IMG/VR virus record: IMGVR_UViG_3300028072_000001
Span: 4,203 to 68,202 of that record
Origin: a virus
Lineage: Duplodnaviria > Caudoviricetes
Direction: 5' to 3' (one strand)
Length of the DNA: 64,000 bases
The notes under the pieces were generated by a model, which made no database searches, had not been told where the DNA came from, and worked only from the letters and a program-made list of their open reading frames with translations. The first letter of the stretch is position 1, and each line of letters starts with the position of its first letter. Below are positions 53,312 to 62,700 of the stretch, piece after piece. A program made the position numbers and the translations under genes.

Positions 53312-56290
53312 CTAGAAATTCACGGCGCCTTTTCCGCCCTTTTCTTTTGGCGTGCCGTACTGCTTTTCTTTGGCAAGAATCTGCCGGCGAATGAACTCTG
53401 GTTCCAGTTGCCGTTCGAATAGGTGAATCCGCACATCCGTACCAGGCATGCGGATAGTGTACTGGCCGAGAGCGTTGCGGCCTTCGTAGTCCCAACCCGC
53501 TTCCTTAATGACTGGCGCGATCGTTGCCGGAGGCTCGTTGGCCGCCGGAGGAGCGTTTCCGAATATCTCCCGTTGCGGACTGGCTTCCGTGCCGCGGAAT
53601 AGCGGCGAGAGAGTTTCCATACGGCCAGCGGCGGCGGAAATATCCTTTGGCTTGTTGGCTTCGGCTGTCAGGTTCTCACCGGAAACCTTTGCGGCACCTT
53701 CGCGCTGTTTCGCTACGTTTTCTTCCATGCCTGGAATGATGCCTGTCTGCCCTTTGGCAATCTCAGGAATGCGCGGCGCGGGAGTTGCCTCTTCCTCTGG
53801 GGGATTGAATACATCGGCACCAGGTTCGATCGTTTCCGGCTCCGCATCGGGATTATCGAGCGACTTTAGGAAGTCCATTGCGCCCATCCCTGGAGCTTTT
53901 GCGTAGTTCCCCTTTAGAAAGTCGTCGGCTCGCGTTATGAGCTTGTTGTATGCCGCGCTGTCCTTGTTGCGGAGAGCTTTCAGTACCGCTTGCGGGTTAA
54001 CGTCGGGATTCTCCCGCATGAATGGATACATGCTGCGACCGCTCTTTACTCCGCGCCAGGTTCCCCCGGCACGCGCCCCTTTGGTATTGCGTCGTCCAAA
54101 AGCGGTCAATGGCTGGTCGGTCTGACTAACCTCATCGAAATAAGCCCCTGGACGGTCGCCAGTGGCCATCGCTCCAGCTTCCGAAGCGAGCAATCCCTCT
54201 GCATTGGCAATATCCTCATGGCTCAAGCGTTCGGCTACCGGCTGAATCTTCTTTTTCGCCGTCTTGTCCAGTTTGGGTTTGATTTCCCTAAGCGAAGCCG
54301 CTTGCTGCGCTTCCGGAGTGACCGTAGGCGTAACCTTGCCGATTTCTGGAATCTTCGCAGCGCCTTCCATGATCGGCTTCGTCGGAGCGTTCACGTCCAG
54401 CGGACCTTTGAACGGAATCTTAGGAACCGGAACAGCACCGGCGACTTCCGGCAACAATCCCTTTGGCGCGGGAGTACGTGTACCTTGCTCGCCGCGCATT
54501 CCGACACGGCCTTCATCCGTTGGCGCACCAATGGGCTCAATCCGGAACTGGCCGGGAACGGACGGCGGAGCAACCGGACCTTCTGGCGGAACTGGACCAG
54601 GGAGCAATCCGCGCACAAATCTTCCACCAGGCACAGGAACGACCGGCTGGCCTTCTGGAACGGTTAGCTTCACTGGACCGCTGGTATCAGGGCCATTCCC
54701 CAAAGGCTCAGGAATTGGCGGAAGTAATCCAGCCGTCGGTGGCCGCGGCGTCGGCGGAGTGATTTCCAGATTGGACCGCGAAAGGTCTTCCAAGCCTTTT
54801 TGCGCCAAACGTCCCGGCGAAGCCTTTAGGTGCAACCGTTCAAACAGGTTGACGTTGCGTCCAAGTCCGCCAGTAGCGCGCACGCTGTCCAGCACCCGTT
54901 CCGCTTCCACTGGATTCATTTTGTTGCGAAGGGCATCACGCACTTCCGACAATGCGCCATAGCGACGATTGAACTCTTTGATTCCTGGTTCGTTCACACG
55001 TTCGAGCAAGTCTCCGATGCTCTTGTGAAGTTCGCCCTTCATCTCGTTAAATTTTTGCAGGTCCGGACTCAGTTCGAGAGCCAGCGCCCTAGCTTCCGGA
55101 GTCATACCCTCAGCGCGCCGGAGACGGGCATTCACTTTGACCAGCATCTTATCCGCATCGCCAAGATTGATTTGCTCAGGAATATCCATCTTGAACGTCT
55201 TTTCAATTCTTTTCAGTTGGTCGATTGTGGCGTCACCAAGCAACTGTTCCCGCGAGAGCGCAGGCAATTCGGCATTTCGGTCGATTTGCGGCTGCCGTTC
55301 TTTCTTCCAAATATCGTCCAGCCGGTTGTCAATGTTTTCAACCGTCTGCCGCAGTCTCATATCTGGCCTGGAGATGCCACCTTGTTTTCCAGATTCTCCA
55401 AGAGGTTGCTTGCGTTCGATTTCTGCAAGGTCCGGAGCAGCGAGCGAAAATGCTTCGCGCAATCCAGGTTGTCCCGAAGGCATCCCAGAAGACCGTAGGA
55501 CTTTTTCAACTCCCCGCCTCGCAAGAGGTTCCTGAAGATTGGCGAGCGCCGGTCCTTTAATACCTGGTGCAACCGCCGGGGTTGTGAATCTGTCTGCCAG
55601 AGCGTCAGTTATCGGACGAATTACGCCAGCATGCAACCCGCGTCCGGCAGCTTCCACCGCTGGCCCTACAAATGGAGCCGCAGCAGCAACCGCAGCCGGA
55701 GCAGCGGCCTCTCCGATGATCTTTCCACCTTCACCGCGTTCCGCTTGCTCCTCTTCCGCTTTGTTGCTCACTCCTAGAAAAGAGCCAGCGCCAACGACTC
55801 CCGCCGTGCCGATAGATGGAATAATTCCGCTTCCAGCCTTGCGTGCGCGCTCGTATTCGTGGGCAGCTTCCCCGCCAGCTTGCGCTAAACCGCCCTCGGA
55901 AGGATTGATACTCGGATGCCCAAAAAGAAAACCAGATACGGAGCTAGTGTCTGGTCCTTCGGGAGCCATGCTTTTCAATTTATCCCAGAACGCAGAGCCA
56001 GCACCCTTTAGCGAGATGCCCTCGCCAGGGCGTTGCTTTTCAAAATCAGTCAATTCTGGTTTAGGAGCTTTACCAGACTCTACCGCTTTCCGTAACCGCG
56101 GACTGGCGCCGGGAAGTTCGTCGCGCTGCGATTCTTCAGCACCACCAGGAACATACTGCTTACCTAGATAGTCTTCGAGACTTCCAGCCTCCGAAACTGC
56201 CGGCTTATGGGCGTACTTCTCTAATTCGTCGTCGTCGGACGCAGGTTTCGCCGCATACTTTTTCAGTTCGTCGTCAACTTCAGTCGGCAT
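53312..56290 (-). CDS. Large internal virion/DNA-ejection protein (P22 gp16-like position)
   Basis: 992 aa; DDEL.KYA N-terminal repeats, A/G-rich hydrophobic segment, helical core, Pro-rich linker. Confidence 0.65.
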   Translation of the reverse strand: MPTEVDDELKKYAAKPASDDDELEKYAHKPAVSEAGSLEDYLGKQYVPGGAEESQRDELPGASPRLRKAVESGKAPKPELTDFEKQRPGEGISLKGAGSAFWDKLKSMAPEGPDTSSVSGFLFGHPSINPSEGGLAQAGGEAAHEYERARKAGSGIIPSIGTAGVVGAGSFLGVSNKAEEEQAERGEGGKIIGEAAAPAAVAAAAPFVGPAVEAAGRGLHAGVIRPITDALADRFTTPAVAPGIKGPALANLQEPLARRGVEKVLRSSGMPSGQPGLREAFSLAAPDLAEIERKQPLGESGKQGGISRPDMRLRQTVENIDNRLDDIWKKERQPQIDRNAELPALSREQLLGDATIDQLKRIEKTFKMDIPEQINLGDADKMLVKVNARLRRAEGMTPEARALALELSPDLQKFNEMKGELHKSIGDLLERVNEPGIKEFNRRYGALSEVRDALRNKMNPVEAERVLDSVRATGGLGRNVNLFERLHLKASPGRLAQKGLEDLSRSNLEITPPTPRPPTAGLLPPIPEPLGNGPDTSGPVKLTVPEGQPVVPVPGGRFVRGLLPGPVPPEGPVAPPSVPGQFRIEPIGAPTDEGRVGMRGEQGTRTPAPKGLLPEVAGAVPVPKIPFKGPLDVNAPTKPIMEGAAKIPEIGKVTPTVTPEAQQAASLREIKPKLDKTAKKKIQPVAERLSHEDIANAEGLLASEAGAMATGDRPGAYFDEVSQTDQPLTAFGRRNTKGARAGGTWRGVKSGRSMYPFMRENPDVNPQAVLKALRNKDSAAYNKLITRADDFLKGNYAKAPGMGAMDFLKSLDNPDAEPETIEPGADVFNPPEEEATPAPRIPEIAKGQTGIIPGMEENVAKQREGAAKVSGENLTAEANKPKDISAAAGRMETLSPLFRGTEASPQREIFGNAPPAANEPPATIAPVIKEAGWDYEGRNALGQYTIRMPGTDVRIHLFERQLEPEFIRRQILAKEKQYGTPKEKGGKGAVNF

Positions 56291-56292
56291 CG

Positions 56293-58098
56293 CTACTCTT
56301 TGAATCCGGGCTTTTTCTTTGCCCGTTCGTAAACATCATTCGGAACGTTTTCGTACCGCTGGCCGTTGATAGAGAAACTATGGCCGCTGGACTTTTCTCC
56401 GCCACTTACGGCCGCTCCAGCACGGGGTTTTTCGGCGTTACGGTCCATGTAGCGCAATTCGGTGTCTACGGCCGCACGCAGAGTATCCGCGTTCAGTTTT
56501 CCGGCATTCGCCAAATCCTCAAAATGTTCCAGCATGAACGCGCCGCCGCGGTTTCCAACGTGCGCTTGCATCATCTTTGTTTGTGCCAAGTCTAGCTTGG
56601 TGCGTAGCTTGGTAAACAACTGTCCTTTGGTTTGGTCGGCTCCAACCTTGCGTACCATGAAATCGTTCCAGCGTGAAGCCACTGCCCCCAAATCTCCGTT
56701 CTTTCCAAGTTCGTCGATCAACTGCAAAACTCCAAGGTCAGTCTTGTCGGTGTTATACAGCATGGGAACCACGACGCGCGCCGCCAGCACCTTATTGACG
56801 TGATCGGCATTCGCTTCGGCTTGGTTCTCCAGGTTCATCGCTTTAGCTTGCGAGAATGGAACCGTAACCGTCTGGTGCGTTCCAGGGACTTCGCCAGTCA
56901 CCCATTTGAGCCCCTGTTTTTCTTCGCGTTCTTCTTTTCGCTCTGCGCGGTCAGCAGCAGTTGCCGCCATGCGAGCTTGAGCATCAGCCAGTCGCGCCAT
57001 GCCTTCAGGGTCAGTCGCGTTCAATTCGTTTTGCAACTGTCTCGCTCCAGCAACGTCGCCAGATTCCATCGCTGTAACGATACGGTGTTTCAGGTCCTCA
57101 ACCGTTTTTACGTCGGTGTCCTTCGAAGGTTTGTAGTCCTTTATGGCTTGCGCCCATCCCTGAACTTTGGCATCAGTCTTCGGGTCACGGCCATTGTCGA
57201 GAGCATCTTGCAAAGCGCCGGCCAGCCCTTGTTCGAGATTTTCCTTTTGCGGTTTCGCGGCCGCTTTGCCCTCCCATTTTTCGGCAATGCCTTTGATGGA
57301 TGCCGGAGTTCCCTCTTCGTCAAGAGAATGCAAAGCGCCTTTTTCGTCGCGCCAGCCCACGGCGTTACCCGAAGCATCCTGCACAATGTCCGGAGCGCCT
57401 TCGGCTCCTAGTTTCTTAGCACGCGCTTCCGCTTCAGTTGTTTCCGCCGCACGCAATTTCTGCTCCGATTCCGCTTCGGTAGCTTTCGCGGCTTTCCCTT
57501 CCGCTGCGTTCAACTCTTCCTGCTTGTTCAATTCCGTTCCAGGGATGTTAGCCATCGTCGCCGGAGCCACGATATTTCCAGCGATATTTCCGATTTTCGC
57601 CGCAACATGCCCAATCTTGCCAAGTAAGCCAGGATGGTTTTCAGCGCTTCCCCACGGATTATTCCTTTGGTCTTCTAACCGTGCAGCTTGTGCGCGGAAG
57701 TATTCAGGACTTCCAGGCGCTACGCCTTCGGAACTAAGCGGCAATGCTTGACGTTCCTTGAAACCCAGTTTCGGAAGTTCGGGAATCTTGCCTGTCGCCG
57801 CTGCTTGTACTCCGGAAGTGTCTTCAGGAATCCCCGTTCCCAAATCAGGAGCACCGAAAGCGGTAGGATTTACCGGAGGCATTTCCGGAACAGTTGGAGC
57901 AGTATGCGGAGCCGTCGCTGCAACTTTTGCTTTCCAGTCCACCGCAGGACGCGGAGTCACGCTAGGCGTAGGAATAGGTCCGCCAGGAGCAGGAACGACC
58001 GACGGCAGAGGTTGAGGCTTTGGCAACAGTCCGACCGCTACCTTGTGCTCATCGGTAGGGTTGTTCGGGAGATTGAGAATGTCCTCTAGTGTGAGCAT
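56293..58098 (-). CDS. Internal virion/ejection protein (P22 gp20-like position)
   Basis: 601 aa; Pro-rich N-terminus, GLLGKIGHVAAKIG motif, helical body. Confidence 0.6.
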   Translation of the reverse strand: MLTLEDILNLPNNPTDEHKVAVGLLPKPQPLPSVVPAPGGPIPTPSVTPRPAVDWKAKVAATAPHTAPTVPEMPPVNPTAFGAPDLGTGIPEDTSGVQAAATGKIPELPKLGFKERQALPLSSEGVAPGSPEYFRAQAARLEDQRNNPWGSAENHPGLLGKIGHVAAKIGNIAGNIVAPATMANIPGTELNKQEELNAAEGKAAKATEAESEQKLRAAETTEAEARAKKLGAEGAPDIVQDASGNAVGWRDEKGALHSLDEEGTPASIKGIAEKWEGKAAAKPQKENLEQGLAGALQDALDNGRDPKTDAKVQGWAQAIKDYKPSKDTDVKTVEDLKHRIVTAMESGDVAGARQLQNELNATDPEGMARLADAQARMAATAADRAERKEEREEKQGLKWVTGEVPGTHQTVTVPFSQAKAMNLENQAEANADHVNKVLAARVVVPMLYNTDKTDLGVLQLIDELGKNGDLGAVASRWNDFMVRKVGADQTKGQLFTKLRTKLDLAQTKMMQAHVGNRGGAFMLEHFEDLANAGKLNADTLRAAVDTELRYMDRNAEKPRAGAAVSGGEKSSGHSFSINGQRYENVPNDVYERAKKKPGFKE

Positions 58099-58742
58099 TA
58101 GGGTTTGTACGCTTTAGCCGCACCAGCGAGAGTATCGATAACGCCTTCAGTGTTTTGCAGCCAGCCCGTTTTACCGGCATTGAGCGCAGTATTCAAATCC
58201 TGGTTTTCCAGGCCCATCGCTTCCAGTTGCCGCGAAGTGTCCGTACCGTAGAGACCGGCGAGCATTTTCTGTGCTTGCATCTGTTTTTCTTGCGCCAGCC
58301 GAGCCGATTCGTTTTCGACGTTTTGAGCGCCAGTTGCAAGTTGCCGCCCTTTGATTCTGGCCGCCTCGTCAAGCACCCTTCCAAATCCCCCGGCGTTGCG
58401 CGTTCTCGCGGCAGCCAGATTCGCTTCGCCAGTCACGCCAGAACTAGCGCCACCCAGTGCTTCCTGGTTTTGCACCAGCATCTCGTTTTTCGTTGTAGGG
58501 TCGTACCCAGTAGGATGCGTAGCTTCTGACTCAAGACCAGGAATGAGCGAAGAACCAATTTGCGAAGCCGTAGAACCGTAGCCCGTCCCAACATCTCCGG
58601 CAGTTCCAGCATTCTTTTTAGCTTTACCTTGAATGTCGCGATCGAATTTTACAGGAAAGGTTTCAACAAACGATTCGCCATCATGGGAAAGGAGTTTTCC
58701 GGTAGCGAAGTCAAATGTCGGGTTTTCAAGCACTCGGAACAT
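58098..58742 (-). CDS. Small internal virion/ejection protein (P22 gp7-like position)
   Basis: A/G/Q-rich; ATG 58742 after GAGGG. Confidence 0.6.
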   Translation of the reverse strand: MFRVLENPTFDFATGKLLSHDGESFVETFPVKFDRDIQGKAKKNAGTAGDVGTGYGSTASQIGSSLIPGLESEATHPTGYDPTTKNEMLVQNQEALGGASSGVTGEANLAAARTRNAGGFGRVLDEAARIKGRQLATGAQNVENESARLAQEKQMQAQKMLAGLYGTDTSRQLEAMGLENQDLNTALNAGKTGWLQNTEGVIDTLAGAAKAYKP

Positions 58743-58781
58743 CTTGCATCCCTCGCGATTCAACCCGATTGCGGAATACTA

Positions 58782-59180
58782 TCACGGAATTTCGATATTT
58801 AGGGTATAGCTCTGCCAGGTAGAGCGCTGAAAGCCTAACTCTTCCAGGCGTTTACTGAAACTCTTGTCAATCTCCGGTGGTATCCAGGCCGTCATTTGAT
58901 CTAGCCCAAGCGACCATGCTTCGCGGCAAAGATGATCTTTCAATTCTTGCAGCAGTTGCCAACGAGCTTCGGGAGTGCTGTGACGATGGTCCACCAGAAG
59001 ATAAATCTCCGAAGCGCCGCGCAGGAATGCCGCCATCACCGTTTTTCCGTTTTCCTCTACGACGGCCTTGACCAGCATTAGCGGGTCTCTGTGATTAGGC
59101 ATGCAATTTTCGGGAAGACTGCTTTGCGCGTGCATTTCCGTCAAAGCCGAAAGGTCTTTTAGCTCGAAAGTGCGAATCAT
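58782..59180 (-). CDS. GNAT-fold virion-assembly protein (P22 gp14/T7 gp13-like)
   Basis: MIRTFELKDL start and KRLEELGF end typical of GNAT folds; synteny with podovirus tail/ejection genes. Confidence 0.65.
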   Translation of the reverse strand: MIRTFELKDLSALTEMHAQSSLPENCMPNHRDPLMLVKAVVEENGKTVMAAFLRGASEIYLLVDHRHSTPEARWQLLQELKDHLCREAWSLGLDQMTAWIPPEIDKSFSKRLEELGFQRSTWQSYTLNIEIP

Positions 59181-59788
59181 GCCTTGATTGCCCTTTTAGG
59201 TCCGGCTTGCGGCCGATTGATAATCCTTCCGAAGCCGCTGCCGCCTTGTTGCCCTGAATTTTGCGCCGTTCCGCTTCCCGTGCTTGGGATTAAAGTCATT
59301 TGCTGTGTTCCACCAGGAGCAACCGGCGCAGGAGTTTCGCCGCCAAAATGTACAACCTCTCCAGGCGCCCCGCCAGGGTATTGAGAGTATGCACGAAAAT
59401 AAAAGTTTTGTGGGTTACCGTCGTCGTCCGTCGCCGGAAGCGTTATCGGAGCCATTTGCCGCGAAGGGCCTAAATGCTCGACGTGAGGCACCTTAAAGTC
59501 AGGGTCGGTAGCGTACTCCACAAAATAGTGCAGATTCTTGTCGATCGGGTTCGCATCGCTAATGACCGCATGCACCAAACCGTTTCCATTCGTTTTTACG
59601 GTGAGTGCCTGAACCGTCGGAGGAGGAGGAAGAATCCCTTTCGCTGGAATCGCTCCATTCTTGGCGATATTGTTTACCGCGTCTTCGATTCGCTGCAAAG
59701 CGGACTCAATCCACTGGCCGCCATCCTGTTTACGAAGAAAGGCGATTTCTTTCTGAATATCGAGCGCCGATGGATTTGTTTTCGCCAC
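59177..59788 (-). CDS. Hypothetical structural protein
   Basis: 203 aa between the nozzle and GNAT genes; Fn3-like beta content. Confidence 0.6.
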   Translation of the reverse strand: MAKTNPSALDIQKEIAFLRKQDGGQWIESALQRIEDAVNNIAKNGAIPAKGILPPPPTVQALTVKTNGNGLVHAVISDANPIDKNLHYFVEYATDPDFKVPHVEHLGPSRQMAPITLPATDDDGNPQNFYFRAYSQYPGGAPGEVVHFGGETPAPVAPGGTQQMTLIPSTGSGTAQNSGQQGGSGFGRIINRPQAGPKRAIKA

Positions 59789-59789
59789 T

Positions 59790-62700
59790 TTAGTAATTTC
59801 TTCCGCGCACGGGACTCCACGGGTCTTGCTGGCACATCACCACCAACCGGCTCAAGTTGAAACCAGATCCGATTTCATCCGTTTTGTACTCAAAAAACAA
59901 GCGATTCGCCGTTTCATTCAGCGGAACCTCAATATCCCCGTCCGTCATAAGCGGCAAGGGAATCCGCGGCAACAGATCGTGAGCAAATTGCGAAGTCAGC
60001 GTGTTCGGGTACACTTTCAGGTTCAAATTCCCAGTTCCGTCCACCAAAGTAATCGCGTATGTATAGACTTGGCGAAGCGAACCAATTTTCATCGCTTGGC
60101 CCTGGTCGTCGCTCACGAATCCATAGGTAATGTAAATCTGCTGGATAGCCGAGCAGTCGTCTTGCCCAAGATCGTCAACCAGTTCGAAGATTTTGCCGTT
60201 GCCGTCGGAATTGCCAAGGAAAAGTTCGTCGGTATTGTCCGGTCTCCGCAAGAAAGCCGCAGCGGGAGCTTTAATGGTCCAGATAGACCACTTCCTTGTT
60301 TGTTCCGAAGCGATCAGGCGGCCAGAATACGACACATGGACGCCTACTTTATCTTCTAACTGCGAGCCAGTGTTCAACTGGCGGTAGTTGCACATCAGAA
60401 TGACGTTTGGCGTGGTCGGATTCTGGTCGTCGGGAATAATTCCTGTCGGCAACCACTGATTAGGCGTTTTCAGCGGCACGCCAAAGAGCACGCGCCGATT
60501 CTTTACGTCGTTTTTCACCCAAAGCGTATGTCCATACTTCCAGTTAATCAAGTCCCAGAGCCGTTGAATCTCTTCGGTCATTTTAACTGGTTCGCCACCG
60601 TTAAAAACGTAGCCGCCAGACTGTCCGGCAATGATAGCCCAAGCCTCTCCGGTATTTGGTTCGTCGATTCCAGTCGTCACGCCGTAGAGAGATGGCGTTC
60701 CAACCGAAGCGGACACATTCCGAATGCTCCAGCCGGAAGGTTCGGTAAGAGAGTTGTCCTGCGTTGAAAGCAGCGAACCGCTTTTGACGATATACAGCGT
60801 GTCGAACATCACAAAAGCGCTGCGAACGGGTTGCTGGTTTTCGCCAGCCGTATCCACAATTCCGCCTTCGCCGCTTTCGTCAAACGCTTCGAAATTGTTG
60901 ACGTAGCTTCCGGTAATCTGCGTTGTCAGTACGGGTTTCTCTGTGGGGAAAGGCTCCAAGCGGTCTATGGTGATTGCCGCACCATTCAAAACCGCAGTGG
61001 CGTACACCCGCAGTTTCAAATCATTCGGCACTGGCGCGAGAACATTCGTCAGGAGCGTCCCAGTGAATATCTGCATGGTCGTGCCGAGTGAAGCCAGCGG
61101 AACGGAGAACGTTCCAAGCGCCGTTCCGCTACTGGGACTGTAAAGGTCTACGACCAGATTGCCGGTCGTTGGCGCAGCGACCGCCGCGGTGATTCGCACG
61201 CTGTACTTTGTCGAAGCATTGATAATCGGCACCAGGAACTCATCCTGAAATGCCGGCTGCGTAATCATTCCATACGTGGCTTGTGTGCTGCCCGACGTAT
61301 TGGAAATCTGATAAGCGAATCCGAAGATTGGCGAATTGACCAAACTCCCGCCGCCGCCAAAGGTCGGGTCAACCGTCCAGCCAAGCGGTTTCCCTGGGGC
61401 GGCGGGAGGAATTTCCAGATACCCACCATCGAACGACCAGTTTAGGAAATTGGGAACCTTATTTTGCTCACCGATAGCGAAAGCGCGCGAAGCATATTCG
61501 ATAATTCCCAAACTGCTTCCCAGTTCGAGAGTTGCGAAAAGATTGTTACCTTGCGTATCGATCGAAGTCGCGGCCAGCAAAACTCCATCCGAAAAACTTA
61601 AATTAATGCTGCGCGAAGTGTTGTCCTTCAGATAGGTCGAAGTGTTGGTAACGGGAAGTCCGTTGCTTATCACAATCACATCGATTGGAATGTTGTAGAA
61701 ATTCCCGCCATTGGCGGCCGTCAAATGCACGACGCGAGCCACCACATCAGCCGGCCCAGAAGCCAGATTGCCTATCGTCAGCGTAGAAGCGCCGGAAGGA
61801 ACGTCAAAGGTCAGAATCGGTGAAGGAGCCGTCATGTAACCGTTCCGTGTCAGGAACGAATAGCAGACTTTGCGGACTCCAGCGGAAATGATTCCGATGG
61901 TGACCAGCGCACCGCCTGTTTTGTTGCCTACCACTTTCAGCGGGTCAAAGACAAAGATCGTTCCGAAGATAATGCCAGCTCCGTTTTCCGACGAACTTGG
62001 AACATCTGGACTGGTGAGATTGATCGAAAAGACTCCTGCTGAAGTCGAAGAAATGACTCCATTCACTACGTTAAAAATGCCGTTGCCGTTGAGCGTACCG
62101 GAAACGGTGACGGCTTGCCCTACGACCGGATTCGTTCCAGTAATCAGGTTGAATCCAAACGTCGCCACATTGCCAGTAAGCGAAGTGGAAGTAATTTGAA
62201 GCTGCGCGGCATTCGGAGTTTTCTGGACTACCCAAGTCCCATCGTATCCTGCCGGCGGAGCGCCACCCGTTCCAGAGATGCCCAAAGAATTGCCCACTTC
62301 GAGATTAGGCACTTGCGCGGAAGTCGTGAGCGTGGCGGTCGTTACCTGATAGGTTCCAAAAGGTCCGTGTCCTTCCTCATGGTTTGCCTGATTGACGCTT
62401 TGCGTTGACGGCATGGTAACCGTGAAGTACCAGCGTTCAAATTCAGCGCCAGGCGGAACGCCCTGCCCGATACTGACCACAATGTAATCCCCGTCTACCG
62501 TCTGCCCGTTGAAATCATTGTTCGGCCCTGGAACGTCGATTCCAGCCAGTTCTACGCCCACTCCAGGTTGCAAGTCAGGGTCGGCAACAGGCTGCGCGCT
62601 CACACGGGCGTAGTAGACGGTCAGAACATTTCCCGGTGCGGTAGAACCTGGACCGTTAGACCACAAGATTCCTGAAAGCTGGCCAGGTTGTTCAGGGTCA